From Styela clava (lineage: Eukaryota): a stretch of DNA of 64,000 nucleotides. The stretch spans positions 9,486,001 through 9,550,000 of the forward strand of contig NC_135262.1 of the NCBI RefSeq assembly GCF_964204865.1, read 5' to 3'. The position numbers and the translations under genes are program-made. This document shows positions 1-14,000 of the stretch, one piece after another (position 1 is the stretch's first letter; every line of letters begins with the position of its first letter). The notes beneath the pieces were generated by a model that was given only the letters and a program-made list of their open reading frames with translations, was not told the DNA's origin and did not search any database.

Positions 1-270
1 CAGAGGTAAGTGTACCAATATGGAGATAACTATTTTTGTTTGCCCACTTTACATCAAGTTGTATAAAGAGACTGAAACCTATGAGCAAGGGCTTACACAT
101 ACAGTCCTCGAACTTGTAATACTACTAAAATGAGGAAAATCGGAATAAAATTATGACATAATCTGGTACACACACTATGGGAAGAAATTATATATTCTTG
201 GTGAAAAGCCTTGATTTATTTTGCTATTCATTTTTTTATCTGTAAACGATTAATAACAATTAATAACTAA

Positions 271-947
271 TTATAAACAATTAAGCAAGTTATAAAACTT
301 TGCCCAGACCGAAGTTAAATTAAGTGTTCGTTTGAAAATAAAATAAATTATAACAAAAAAATTCAAAGCTCTAATTAAAGAAATCGAAATCGATCAAAAC
401 TTCATTGAAATTCAAAGAGTCTATATTCTAGAATAGATATATTTAATTTTATTTCACGTACTTTTCAATAACAAAAATATAATTAATTATTGAGAGTAAT
501 TTTTAAGTATTTTAAAGGGTAACGATTAAAATTTCAAGCCGTAATTTCAACAAAATTTCATTTGCACAAATTCTAGCTAATCGGGCTTATGTCCTTAGTT
601 TGCCTTGATTCCAGTCAGTATTATTGCAATGAAAAAGGGTAATATATTTGCGGTCGTTCTCAAATTATAGTTTCATTTTTTGTTAAGATGGTCATTTGGA
701 ATATTATTATATGAAGCGATCACGCTCGGAGCATCTCCGTATCCGGAAATACCACGAGATGAAATATTCGACAAACTGAAAAGTGGATATCGAATGAAAC
801 AGCCTGAATCATGCAGTTTATATCTGTGAGGTATGTTTTTATCATCGTACCCTATGATGTTCTAACTTACCCCAGTGTCTCACATATTGAATAGAGAGAA
901 ACTGATGTTTACTTTTTGAAATGAGAAAATGGATATATATTATTATA
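271..947 (+). repeat. Dispersed duplicate of RTK segment 46366-47043 (intron + kinase exon + intron)
   Basis: Near-identical to 46366-47043 from ttataaacaattaagcaag to ggatatatattattata. Bracketed by a 58-bp direct repeat (185-242 and 1019-1076, one mismatch). Confidence 0.95.
688..825 (+). pseudogene. Orphan copy of RTK kinase exon (subdomain IX-X: [45 protein letters not shown])
   Basis: 138-nt phase 2-2 exon with AG acceptor and GTGAGG donor intact. It differs from 46784-46921 only by two synonymous changes. Neighbouring RTK exons are not present nearby. Confidence 0.8.
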
Positions 948-1619
948 AATGAACATCTACCACATAATAGATCAGAGATTCAGAGGAACATGATTATTCA
1001 AAATCAATTATTGTTTGTAAATTATATATTCTTGGTGAAAAGCCTTGATTTATTTTGCAATTCATTTTTTTATCTGCCACAGTTATTTATATGACAAAAC
1101 TATTTCTAGGAAGCCGCAGCAATAATGAAAGCAATTGTAAATGGGTACTGGCAGAAAAACTTATTCCAAAAATAAGAAATGTTTGATGGAATTTAGGTTG
1201 GATTTGAATGATAATTGTTTGCAACTTTTGTGCAATATCATTTCATTGTTAATCTTGAAGTCAAGGGTCTCGAATGCTACAATGATGCGCCTGCATTATT
1301 TTTGTTTGCCGAACTGTACATCTTTGTGCCACCTTGCACAAGGCCGACAAAGACGTCAGACCACTGAGTGAATATAAATTACATAATTGTGCATGCGCAG
1401 TAAAAATTGAATGGAGTACAAGAAGGTTGATCGGCGAAATGCGATCAATTTGATAAGTATATTTGTTTTTTTTTGCTCGTTCGAGTGTTTGTACAAATTT
1501 TTATCTGTCGCAACATTTAATTAAGAAACTTACATGTAAACGTAAAACCTAAAGTGACAACAGGTTAATGAAAACAGTGTTATCAATATCGTGACTGGTG
1601 AATAATATACTGTTTAAAG

Positions 1620-2548
1620 CAGGGGTGTACAAACTGCGGCGCGCGGGCCAAATGCGGCCCGCAAAGAAAAATTGTGCGGCCCGCGGAGAAGTGCCAATTT
1701 TGAATAGTGTGCCCGCGAAACGAGTTTTTAGTTGCAGTAATCTGGCAAGTGCGCGCAATTCCAACCTCTTTGCGCAATTCTATACCAGTACCTGAATGCC
1801 ACTGTCATATTAGCAAAACTAGCTAGCAAAATCCTGTTGCAAAAACACAATGTCATATTGACGTGTTTCTTACTGAATTCGTTCATAGTTTATGTGCCAA
1901 CAAATTTGAATAGCTGTTTTCGTTAGAAATTTGTGCGTTTTAACTCAACATTTCTGCAAGGACCCGGATGCCGTAAGAACAACAATAACAAAAGGGAACA
2001 ATTTTTGTGCTTGCAACCACAGTAGAAACAGTATTTTCATCATATCATCATCTTCTCACTAAATTTCGCTATCAACACATTATACGTACCCGCGGTAAAC
2101 AAAACGGGCCAATGAGATGACAGATAATTCATTGCCACGCCATACACGGCTGCCTTCGATTACGATAAAATGGGAAATAGTTGTAAAATATAAACACGTG
2201 GACGGCGGCGCTAGAATATGTGCGCCATATTCAGTATTCGGTATATAACACGAAAAATGATATTGGAAGGTTGCGATATTAGATTAGTATATTCAAATTA
2301 GACATCCCCTATTCAAGCACCTTATTTAAATTAACCTAAAATAAACAAATATCCTTTTTTTTATGTTTTCGGCCTTCTGTATGTAGGAAATCTTATGATA
2401 GCCAAAGCAATATTTTTACGACAAGAATTTTCGTAATTTGGATTTTTCGTATCCAGAGTCTTCTGTAGGTAGAGTTTTCAGGTGCGGCCCGCGGCACCAC
2501 CCAGTTACTTTTATCTGGCTCTCGTGTAAAAAAAGTTGCCCACTCCTG
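1620..2548. mobile_element. Non-autonomous hAT (Charlie/Buster-type) DNA transposon
   Basis: Termini CAGGGGTGTACAAACT...AAGTTGCCCACTCCTG, repeated subterminal GCGGCCCGC motifs, perfect 8-bp TSD GTTTAAAG (1612-1619 and 2549-2556). Confidence 0.9.
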
Positions 2549-2928
2549 GTTTAAAGCTATGATCTTTGCAACTCTGCCGACGTCTCGTAACAAGACATAA
2601 ATCACTTTTTATTGACATAATGCGGCTTCACATGAACCAAAAACTTCCTAAAAAGCTATTGTGTTTATATCATTTTCCTGAACATTATATTGCGGAATAT
2701 CTTGAAAATACTCCGATTACTGTGCAGTTTTGCCATTATAGACATGCACTGTAATAATATCGTATGCATAGAAACAGAAAAACGTTTGAATTTATTACCA
2801 CTGTGGAACATTCCTGTGCATCCACGTTGGCAACGCGCACTCCTATCTCGTCACTGGCAACATTTCAAATGGCATAATAGATAAACTTCTGACTTGTCCA
2901 AGCAAACTTCCTGTCAACTGCAAATCTA

Positions 2929-3224
2929 GATAGCGATCGGAGGCCGCCGACTTATCGATCTGCGGTTTTGATTCATTCGCTCTGACTCAACAGCGACACC
3001 GCGTGTCCGATCACTAATTAATTAATATTTATACGACATAATTAATCCAAAATCGATAGGCTTCTGGTTCGAGATATGGTGAATGTCGATGCAAAATTTG
3101 GAGCAGATTCATCTTCGCTTTCGTGAGATATCGCGTAACACGCGAACGTGTCCAACAGACAAAGAAACAAACAGACAAACAGACAAATACCTATCAACAT
3201 ACTTACCGATCGAGATCGATAAGT
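2929..3224 (-). mobile_element. DINE-1/HINE-like (Helentron-associated) element, divergent copy
   Basis: Shares the core (gcaaaatttggagcagattc...gctttcgtgagatatcgcg), the (ACAG)n microsatellite and the terminal CTTACCGAT..ATCGATAAG hairpin with four other copies. Confidence 0.75.
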
Positions 3225-3567
3225 GATAATCAGAGCTAAGACAGTAATTTGTAACTCGTAAGTAACGAACCAGTGAGGCACCAAATCTCAGTGTACACAG
3301 TACAGTAATTATTTATTATGCAGCAATAATAGTAAAAGCTGAGCTAGAAATTAAGAGGAACTAACGTCCTTTCCTGCTTCCTTAAGGGACATAAAGGCTC
3401 AATTTTAGGAATCTTCTTTCAAATATTGAGCAGTTAGTAGTTCTAACGGTTGCATATCAGTAAAGAAACGAAATGCATTTGTTTGAATATTCTTCCTAAA
3501 AAATAAAAATTGTCAAATAAGAACGGTGTAGGATCAAGAATTCCAGTCGATTTTCAAAACAAGGTGG

Positions 3568-3874
3568 AAACGAGAATATCGGTCAGAGACCGGAGACTTA
3601 TTGATCGAAAGTTAGGGGATCCCCCAAAACAGCGCTCTCCATCCATAGTGACACCTTGTGTCCCATCGCTAATTAATTAATAACTCGATAATTATACCAC
3701 ATAATTCGCCCAAAATCAATAGGCGTTTGGTCCGAGATATGATGAATGCACATGCAAAATCTGGAGCAGATTCAATCTCGCTTTCGTGAGATATCGCGTG
3801 CATCTAACAGACATACACACATACAGACAGACAAATACCTATCAACATACTTACCGATTAAAATCGATTAGTAA
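3568..3874 (-). mobile_element. DINE-1/HINE-like (Helentron-associated) element
   Basis: About 300 bp with sub-terminal inverted repeat ACTTATCGAT/ATCGATAAGT, an adjacent partial IR, a (GTCT)n microsatellite on the minus strand and a TCGGTC-NNN-GACCGA-type stem-loop at the other end. Confidence 0.85.
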
Positions 3875-4357
3875 TGACATTCAATAACAGGTTTTGCACC
3901 AACCTAAGAAATAAGTAATAAACTTCTATGATGTCTATATTTCATTATCATTTCAAATCACTCTCTATTTTTGACATTTATCATGTTTCACAAAAATTAA
4001 ACCGTAATTTATGTTGTGAGACATGTTATTTAATGTGCAACCCGTAGAAAAACTAATGGAAACGTTTAAATCGTTAAGTTGCCTTCGGTTTATATATCAA
4101 ACTAACTAAGTAAGAAGATCAAAAGAATATATTGTGACCTCATTATTCGGTGTTGATTAGAATCATTTTGCCGCTAGATAGAGCTCATATGTTACACTAG
4201 AAACATGCTCGTGGATGACACAGTTCACGGGCCCTGAGTTATAACGGAAACTCAAATTTGTTAGTACCAGCGACGTAAGAACAATTACTTACTGGCATCT
4301 TGCAAGAATTCGCATCAGCTGAAGACAAGTTTCCAACATATTATATCTCCAATATGG

Positions 4358-4663
4358 AAACGAGAATATCGGTCAGAGACCGAGGACTTATCGATCGAAA
4401 GTTAGGAGATCCCCGAAAACTGCGGTCTTACTCCATAGTGACACCTTTTGTCCAATCACTAATTAATTAATAACTTGCTAATCATACGACATAATTCATC
4501 CAAAATCAATAAGCTCCTGTCCGACATATGATGAATGCACATGCAAAATCTGGAGCAGATTCAATCTCGCTTTCGTAAGATATCGCGTGCATCTAACAGA
4601 CATACACACAGACAGACAGACAAATACCTATCAACATACTTACCGATTAAAATTGATAAGTAA
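4358..4663 (-). mobile_element. DINE-1/HINE-like (Helentron-associated) element
   Basis: Near-identical to 3568-3874. Confidence 0.85.
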
Positions 4664-7600
4664 CAACCAACGATAGCGCGTCAAGCCAGAATAATAATTA
4701 ATGTGTTTTGGGTATAACGTCTGGTTAAAGATTTTGAACAAGTTGAACGAACGTTAGGTGGATACAAGTCTTTTTTAGTGCAATCCTATTACATAAGATC
4801 TTTGAATAACAATCATCATTAGCCAGACTGTGGGAATAACCTGTACGAAGCTTCGCTTTATAACCCACGGTGATGGTCCGTAGATACTCAAACATAGAGC
4901 AAGTAAACTATGTCACGACGTCTTGCGTATGGATTTAGTTTTTGCTTTGGTAGTTGGGCGCTGCTTACCTGAACAATTTTTGAGATCAGTGGATCACACA
5001 GCAAGTGAAAAAATAGGCGGTTCATAAAACCGCGAAGAATCCGAAACATGCCTGTCAGGGTGGATGTTAATATCACTCAGCTCAAATTCGATAACAAATT
5101 TTATGAGATGAAAGGTTAGACAGATATATAAAAATTATTGGAAGGGTTAGGATAGAAAAGGTGCGTGTCAATGTGATGACATCAAAATGATCAAATAAAA
5201 ATATTCACTTCACAAGAAAATAAGCGGAGTCTCCAACAATAGCAAATGACTAAGTTTATTAATTTCTCATAATAAAATAGAAATCATCTAAGCCGAGTAT
5301 AGTAAAATATAGAATCAATGGTTGCTACGTTTATTTCAATGACTCAGTGATTTATTGTATGAAGTTGCCAGTGGCAAGAGATAGCATCACAGTGGTAGAC
5401 AGAAAGTAAAATTCAGCCTATCTCATCATATTGCATAATTCCAATGCACAACTTTATTTTCCATTCCAGGTATAGCTGCATAAGTGCATGGAATGAAGTG
5501 CTTGAAATAAAAGCTCATTGATATCAGAAAACTTTACAAAGTTTTCGCTCACGAAATTTCAACTAGTTACTCAGTGGCGAAAATGCATAATTTTGTATTA
5601 TTATCCAGGTTGTAGGCCTATATATGTCGAATAATTTTTAACATTTTTGAGTGCGTTTAAAATATTTCATTCACTTGTTGTCAAGCCCAACCTTGTTGTT
5701 TTAAAGCTGATATTGTTTATGAGATAAATTCAATTCCCAATTTGATTTATCAACTAATCATTGGATAGATTTGATAAAAATGGACCATGAATGTCGTTCT
5801 CAAAGATTTCATTTGTACCGAGTTCTGCATTAACTCACGCAAAACTCACTGTTTCGCGTTTTGAGTCTATCATTACTGTCACGCCACTTATTAGGATGTA
5901 TCGAAAGCCGCACCGTAGTTCGAAAATACCGTATAAATTTCGTATATATATATGCTGAATCTGTAGATATCGACCTACACGAATACACGGTGAAATACCC
6001 GAAACATCTACCTCTTGTTGTTATCATGAACATTCAATCAATTTTTCGTCAGTTTCCCACTGCTGATACTTTTGTCTCAAATCAGGTTTTCTTTTCTCAA
6101 AATATCATGAAAATATAGTACTAAATTGTATAATCAAGTTGACTCAAGTTTTTATAGTAATATTCATTAGTCCTGTGCTTCTTGACAACACCGGAAAAAA
6201 TTTTGGTAACTGACTGAAGATTGTACGTTGTGATGGTTTGAACCGACCGACTGGTATTCCAAAAAGTGAAATAATCTACCAACGGTTTTATTTTAGTTCA
6301 GGTGTTTTATTTGTTAGAGAAGTAGATATCTTCCGTCAAACACGACCTTCAATATAAGTCCGTTATGTTAGATAGAAGTTTCTAGTTTATCAAAACTTGA
6401 TTGTTCAGTCGGTATCATCAGCAGAAAGCCAATTCGGTACAGTATACAAAGAATAGGTTTCAATGAAGCTCATATATAAAACATGGAATTTAGCAAAAAA
6501 AAGTGGGACTTCAAATGGGACTTATTTTTTTATTGACATTTGACAAAGATTTTATTTGAGAAACAAAAACACCTGAATGAATCATGAGGCTTACAAATAG
6601 TATTATATATTATTCTTACAGACCCACAACTTTCGCATGCAAATTAGGGAAAATCGAGTAAGTACCCATACCCGGTAATTTTTATCGTGCCAGTGTCGAA
6701 TACCGCATGTGGTAGTGGAACATTATTGTATAGCGAAGCACGCACCGAGCGGGGATTTTATCGGTTTGTTTAGTGACGTAATGTGATATTTCGGCTGTGA
6801 CAAGCTTGCGCGCGAGAGAGTTGTGTTATTCAGGCGAAGGCAAGCCAGCTTCGTCGAGTGAATAAGTAAGCTATGGCTGTACCAGTTTGTAGATCATGTT
6901 TCATTTGTCAATTGTAAAATGATTCGGTGCCACGCAAGTGCACCATGAAATACTAGCATACCCGCCTACTAGAAAGCACGAAACGCTGAAGGTATTTCCA
7001 GATTATAAATTGCTTCAGTTTGTAATAGTAACAGTTTTATAAAAGATTGACGTGCACGAATTTTTGGTAGACACATTTAGTAGGAGCCAAAAGTCACTTC
7101 TTCAATTTATGTAGCCTACTTAGGTATATTTTATTTTTTATGGAATTTTTGTTGTTGTTATGGAATTTTTAAGAAAGCAGTAAAACTTCAGATGTGTTTT
7201 CATGTGTGCTCAATTCTATATACAATCGTCGATGGTACGTTGACCAGGTACGACGACGTTCCGAGCGGAAATTTCATTTTCAATGCAGTTTGCCTCACAC
7301 GCGGTTTATTCTATAAAATGGGTTATCGTTTATTCTGAGTGACGTAGCCGTCTGCTTAAATAAATCCGGTGGACGTCAAATGTTTACAAACGAGGTTGTC
7401 GTTTCAGCAGGCAGCATATGGTAGTGATATATTGATTTTGACTGGGATATTTTTCACTGTATTTTTTGAGAAAGATTACGAACGGTGCCTAAAAATATTT
7501 ACAAATGTTGATATTGAGAGATAAATAATGTACATTCAGTCACATGTTCAGTGTTTCCAAGCGCTTGAAGCTATTGAAATATATCGTTTAATATTTTCTG

Positions 7601-8069
7601 TGAATATTAATAGTCTTGCATTAAATTAGTGCTACCCCAAGTTAGACAAAAATCTTTTTTTTGTTTATAAAAAACTCATGCGTAAGTTTCTAGATCACAT
7701 TCTATTTTTAATCTCATTCACACTGTCGACATACGCATGATACTTGGTCGTTTCCCTATGCTTCGATGCGAGTAAGTAATGATAGCACAGTATTTAGTGT
7801 ACGTTTGCTCTAACCGAGGTCACTCGTGGTAAATAGAGATCCACGCATTGAATGCTTTAGAATGTTTCTACCATCCAAACCACTGAAGCTTCTACTAATA
7901 TATTATTATTAATTTAGTGAGAGTACTTAAGGTATAGTCGTAATATACAGCGAAATGAGTGTGAATATATAGTTAGATTGTGATTCAATATCAAAACTAA
8001 TGTATTCTATATGCACCCAAGGTTAATATTTAATACATTATAGTTATACTATCAAGAAAGTCAATTAAA

Positions 8070-11000
8070 ATGGACAGCAGGGGGTTCGCCGGTCGTGAAA
8101 ACGAGCCTGAATTACAAAAGATGGCTGCATTTTTGAAAGAGAGATGTGACCGAGGAAAGTATGGTCTAAGATACTATGAAAACGACAAAAATATGATTTG
8201 TATTCCGTGGCCGACCGTACCAAGGCAAAGCGAAGATATTCCGGACAGTTTTCATATGTTTACGGTATGTGTGCGTACAAATTAAATATTTGTTTGTGTT
8301 GCATGCTGGAATGGATTTATGTGTCACTGAATAGTAAAATATCAGCTATATGTCTAGTCGGGCGACGTCCGAACGGCGTCCGAAACGCTGAACACTTTTG
8401 TCTGGTAACCTATTTATTGCACGCTGACTGAGTCCAACATTTCAATTGAATAAATTTGAAACCGTGTAATTATGTCAAGAATCCCGGAGTCAGAAGCCAT
8501 GCGAAAAATGCAGGGCGCCTCGAGTTAACACAATGCTAGGGTAATTATGTTATACATATATATTTGGGATCACAGCTTCGACGCAGAAATGTTCATGCAT
8601 TAACGACGAGACCATCGTATATTGGAAAAAAAAACGTACCTTCTTCTAATGTCAGGTAGCTAAAACAAAACCTTTTTCGTCCAACGATGGATATTTTATT
8701 TTTGTCACAAGGCAGATCCTTGTTATTAATATAAAGTAATGAAAACGAGCTTGACCCTGCAAAGTAATAGTTTTTTTCACGTAAGCATTGTACGCCTTAC
8801 GTATAGACGTAAATCCAATGCTACATCGTTTTAACTACCTCTTACGCTACTTGGTCACGTGATCGTCAAGACGCTGTGGTTTGCTATACGAATAAAAAAA
8901 GTTTCATTAGGTCTTCGCTTGATTCATCATTGAGATAGAATGCATCGCCGCAAACTAATTATAACAAATCGGGCATATTTTGACAAAATTTAAACGGAAA
9001 GGCTTTTCCAACATAGTGGCATTTCACAAAGCCTACACCCCTACTCCTGAAAAGTTGCTCGTCATATATTTCAGTAGATATTAAGAAACATATCAAAAAA
9101 TAAAACAATAGTATTATAAATTATATTCACAATTGTCAATTTTGGTTGAGAAACAGACCTTAAATGGCTGTAGATCTTTAGATTGCTAACAAACAACTCA
9201 TATAATATTACATCAATTTTATTTTTAGTCGCTACTAAAACACAGGACCTTTATACATAAGACTGTAGTCAGCAATTGTATTTGTTAAAAAAAATCCCAT
9301 TGTTGATTCAGCGTTATTTGTCATATGTGTATTAAATTTCGAAACCATGGCAGTTTCGATATGTCTCTTATTCTATTTAATTGTGTATGAAACATTATAT
9401 AATCTTGAACATGTTTTACATTTGAGTAATTGCACTATAAGAAACTTAGTTTACGTGTCATGCCTTCCGATCAACATTTATTTAAATATTTATGCGATGT
9501 CAAATATGGCCTATGATATTAAAACCGTTTGTAAAGTAAGCGAGGATTTAAATTATTAGCCACGTCCTCAGTGACGAAAAAATATCTTTCGGTTCTTTGA
9601 AGATAATATTTAAGTACTTTTTGAGTAAAACCTCTGAGTCGTTGACAGCTGTTTTAGAAATGAAATAACGTATGGATCTTATACAATGCAGCGGATGATC
9701 AGAAGGATAAACCTCGTTAAAAATTTCTACATGCTCAAAGGCTCATTAGGCTTTCCCGGAATTGCCTAACAATGCTAAGAAAGACTTAAGTTCATGCCAG
9801 GAAGTATTTAATACTTTAATGATGTTTGCCTACTCATTGTATACTATAATATACAGCAAATCATGCAGCCCGTTCTGTTATCGAGTACTCATTGTGGAAG
9901 TAACGTTAGGTGACTCAATCATGCTTCCTCTATTGTGTTCTGACTTATCTGTGGAAAACAACACACAAGCTTTTAAAAAATGTTGTGGTTTTCAAGGAAA
10001 ATGCAGTGTTAATGATTGGGAATAAATCACAAGCCATTATATGCTTCTGATAGAAATCCCAATTCTTTAAATTCGTTTGAAACCTTACCTGTAGGCTATT
10101 GTTTATCTCTTACCAAAAAAACTCGTCATATACAACCTTGTTTCGCCCTATATAAATACCAGAGAAAATAATATAGTTCACAAGGCATTAAGACTTCTTG
10201 GAAACATGGCAAACTTGTTTATTACAATGAAAAATTCAATGAAAAATTCATCTCGTGGTTAAACCCAATCCACAAGCAGTTCTGATAATTATTCGTATAT
10301 ACATATATATTCCCGCTGCTGTGATTCTGAGTGCAAATCTCAAATCACTTTTGTTTGATTCAAATTTGGTCAGGGCAAGTTTTCGCGTTCTCGTCTCAAT
10401 AGACTACCGTGTATAAGAGTACTGACGAGCTGAAAGTTTTCTACTATAACGCTGTCACGTTACTTAAACCTTTAGTTTGCTGTTAGGAATCCGGGCCTTT
10501 TTTAAATTATGGCGCTTGGTTATTTAAGCTTATGTATTAAAAGTATGTCTAAATTACTCGGATTAATTGTTATCGGGATATCCAATTAAATAAATAAACG
10601 ACGTAATGTCTTCTGGATTTGGTGCGTTTGACTTGTGTCATATTTTCACTATTATTTTCGTATTTTCTAGTTTCAGTTTCGCTTTCGTCACATCATCTTT
10701 GAAATGCGTTTATGTCAAGTGTTAACTGTTAACAAATTATAACGGTGATTGTAATTTGACTATACGGATGCTTTGTTGTAAACTCATGACAATATGCATG
10801 AATCTATCGATGAGCGTGCGAGGTACTTTCTTATATGCATCGGATGAACATTTGCCATTCATGTTTGCATGGCTTAATTAAAACGTATATGACTTAACGC
10901 CGACGTCATTTCCTTCTTGTGTATTGGCTATCCATGTTCAGTATCTCGAATTTAAAATACGATAAACACATCATTCAATCCAAACACGGAAATAAATATT

Positions 11001-14000
11001 GCGTTATTAATTTAATAAATCAGACAATGAGGTGCAAGATATTGCTGCATGCTGGTGGCTCACTATAATTACCATGAGAGCATTGATCAGATGTATATGC
11101 ACACGAATGTCCAATTGCAGTACCGTTAGCTTATGTGAATTTAGTAAAAAATTTCAATATCAGAAAAATAAGATATTTTTTCAACAGAAAATTTGAAAAA
11201 CGATCGATAGGTTTGCTTCGTCTCCAATGAAGTCAATTTTTTTAATGCATCGTGATTTGTAATAACGATAGTAAACAATGTATTTCTGGTAATGGTCCTG
11301 TAGTAAATTATTTATTTCATTTTCTAATCATGGAACCGAGTCGCTTTATTATATATCTTTGCCAATAGATCAAAATATATATATTTTTATTTAGGAATGG
11401 GCCTATTTGTCATTCCGAAAACGAGGAGGAAGAGGCGAACAACTCGAAACAGAACCATTGAGCGCACAGAAACATCGATTCAGGAACGCACTAGCAAGGG
11501 CAGACGGATTGAAATGCAATAAACAGCTTTCTACTGATACACTCAGAGTCTATGAATTTGCCGGTAATTTTTTCGATTACAACATTCATCATTACCCATA
11601 TTAGCCAGCCCAAAATTTCTTCAAAACCTTAATCTTCAAGCTTGAACTACCACTCCACCGCCTTTAAGTTGAATCATATACTTTTCTTATGCTGTCTGTA
11701 TTCATTGTATTTCATTATTTTTACATTTGCTCAGATACTAAAAAAGAGAAAGAGCAAACAGAAAATGGAAATTTCCGATCTGGAAGAGGAGGAAATTCAC
11801 CTCACTCTTATTACGAACAACAAGCAGCCCCCGAAAGAAATGATTATGCGTATAATGTTCAAATGCATCACCAAGGTGGAATACCAGGTAAAACTATTGT
11901 TCTTACACATATCGTCACGCTAATAACCGAATTGCGTAAGTCATTTTTAGCAGTTTTGAGTAAAACGTAAAAAACTTCCTAATGATATTGCTATGCCATT
12001 GAGAATCAATAATTTGCCATAGTTCAATTTTTCGATCGTAGACGGATTCAAGTTAATTTGTATGACGCAGTCAAGTGACGTCATAAAGGCGCTCTGTGAC
12101 TTAGGCAGAAATGTGTTAGGGGACATACGCAATTTGGCAACTTGACTACATGTACCAGTCCTGAAAACAAAACAATCCAAAAATGAATGTAATTCTTAGT
12201 ATATACGATGTCTAATCCCCAAAATAGCTAATCTGCTTCAATTACTTTATTTTTTATGTTTAAAAATATATATTTCCAAAAAACACGCTCTGCACATCCA
12301 CCGAAATAAGACTAACGTTAAATATAAAGAATAAAACAGCAATGTACCCTTATATAAAAGCCAACCAAGGTGAATTGGATTCAGACAGTGAATATCACAA
12401 GTGCACGCCTTCCTATACTGTAGTTTAAACTGAAACTTATAAGCGCTAAGCTAGAATCTGAGATGCAAAAACTCGAAAATCCTTCGCCGAGGTTATTTTG
12501 CCTTTGTGACGTCATAATAGTCCTGCGTTAACAATGATAATTCATTATGACGAAACAATTGAACAAATTTGCGTATCATACAAATTCTATATTTTTATGG
12601 GTTTCGGAATTCTTAAAATAAAATCTGAGTTAACAGACAGGTGCGCAGCATTACATAAATACTATTTTATGAAAAACTCAAAACCGCCAAAAATGACTTA
12701 CGCAATTCGGTTATTAGCGTGACGATATTCTGCTTTGCACACGTTCACAATGTTTGCAAATTATCTACATTTGGAGGATGGATAAGTATGGATGTACAGT
12801 GTTGCACACCCATACCTGTTTCTAAAGTAAGTGATCCATATTGGAATCCCCATACATATGCTACACTTTTTACTTGAAGATAGGAATCCACCATAAGTCT
12901 GAGCTTTTAAGAGCTTAAAAGTTAATATATATACCCGAATGTAGAATTTTATTTCGGTAAAATATGAAATGAGTATATTAAAAAATCCAATACCAGAATA
13001 TTCATTTAAAATCAGTCATCTTTGGCAACGTGAATACATTAACACACATAAAAATGAATTCTTAAACTATAACGATTATTGCCAACTGTCACAAGAAAAC
13101 TACACAAAACTGACACGATTTTGCAGATAAGTCGTATCGACTGCACAAAACTGAGTTTTAAAGCCGCTGTATTACCGTCCTATAAGATCATTATTGTTGT
13201 AAATCAAATTAATATCTAATATCATATTATTTTATCTAAATTAATATCTCCCAACATCACTCAACTAATAATCTCATATCAAACAAAATTCTTTTTAGAT
13301 AAGAAAAAATGATTTTATTAATATTTTGTGAATATATACAATATAGTGGCAAAAAGCATCATATTTGGAAAGCACCACCGGGTTCTAAAGAAGTTCCTGG
13401 AAATTTTTTCATTGTTTCGTTTTTCTAAGCTAAGAATTTTGTGGTTGACTCAAACTCTATGTTTATTCAAGGGTGCAGTGTACTGTATAATGAACTTCCT
13501 CTCGGTATATGTAAGCGAGTCAAACTGAATAATTAATCGACATCAAGAAAAGTTACATTTTTTGCATTTTGATCGGAACCATTTAGTTTCAATAATGTGC
13601 TTTTTATTTGTGTTGGTGTTGAGCTATGTTTCATTGTCTAACCTGAACATTCTGTTGTAATCCAGCAAAATTTTATTCTGTACAAATTAGATTTTCACAA
13701 CTCGGAACACAAAAATGCTATGATTCCTACATATGAAATCTGTAAAAATTCATTGGATTAATTTAACTTTGTATTTTATTTTTCTGAAATGTGGATTTTG
13801 AATCGACTTTTCAGTAATACTTTTACGTCTTTTCTATAGACCAACGTGAATGGGAAAACTACGGCAGCTCTCCTATGACAGTGACATCATCACCAAATCA
13901 CATAGCATGCTTCCAACCCCAGACAAATTTTCAGATTCCACAGACGACAGAAATGCAGGACGACAGAGAGCCATCCATCGGTACCCTTATTGAAGAGATG

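Noticed and set aside
1083-1371. Possible terminal exon of the upstream gene, including the 76-aa ORF
   Set aside because: Acceptor-like sites exist, but no frame gives a recognisable protein and the upstream exon is outside the window.
8361-8390. Stem followed by GAAAC, resembling hammerhead stem II
   Set aside because: No upstream CUGANGA core.
10422-10440. CTGACGA-GCT-GAAAGTT hammerhead-like words
   Set aside because: No room for stem II and no stem I/III pairing.
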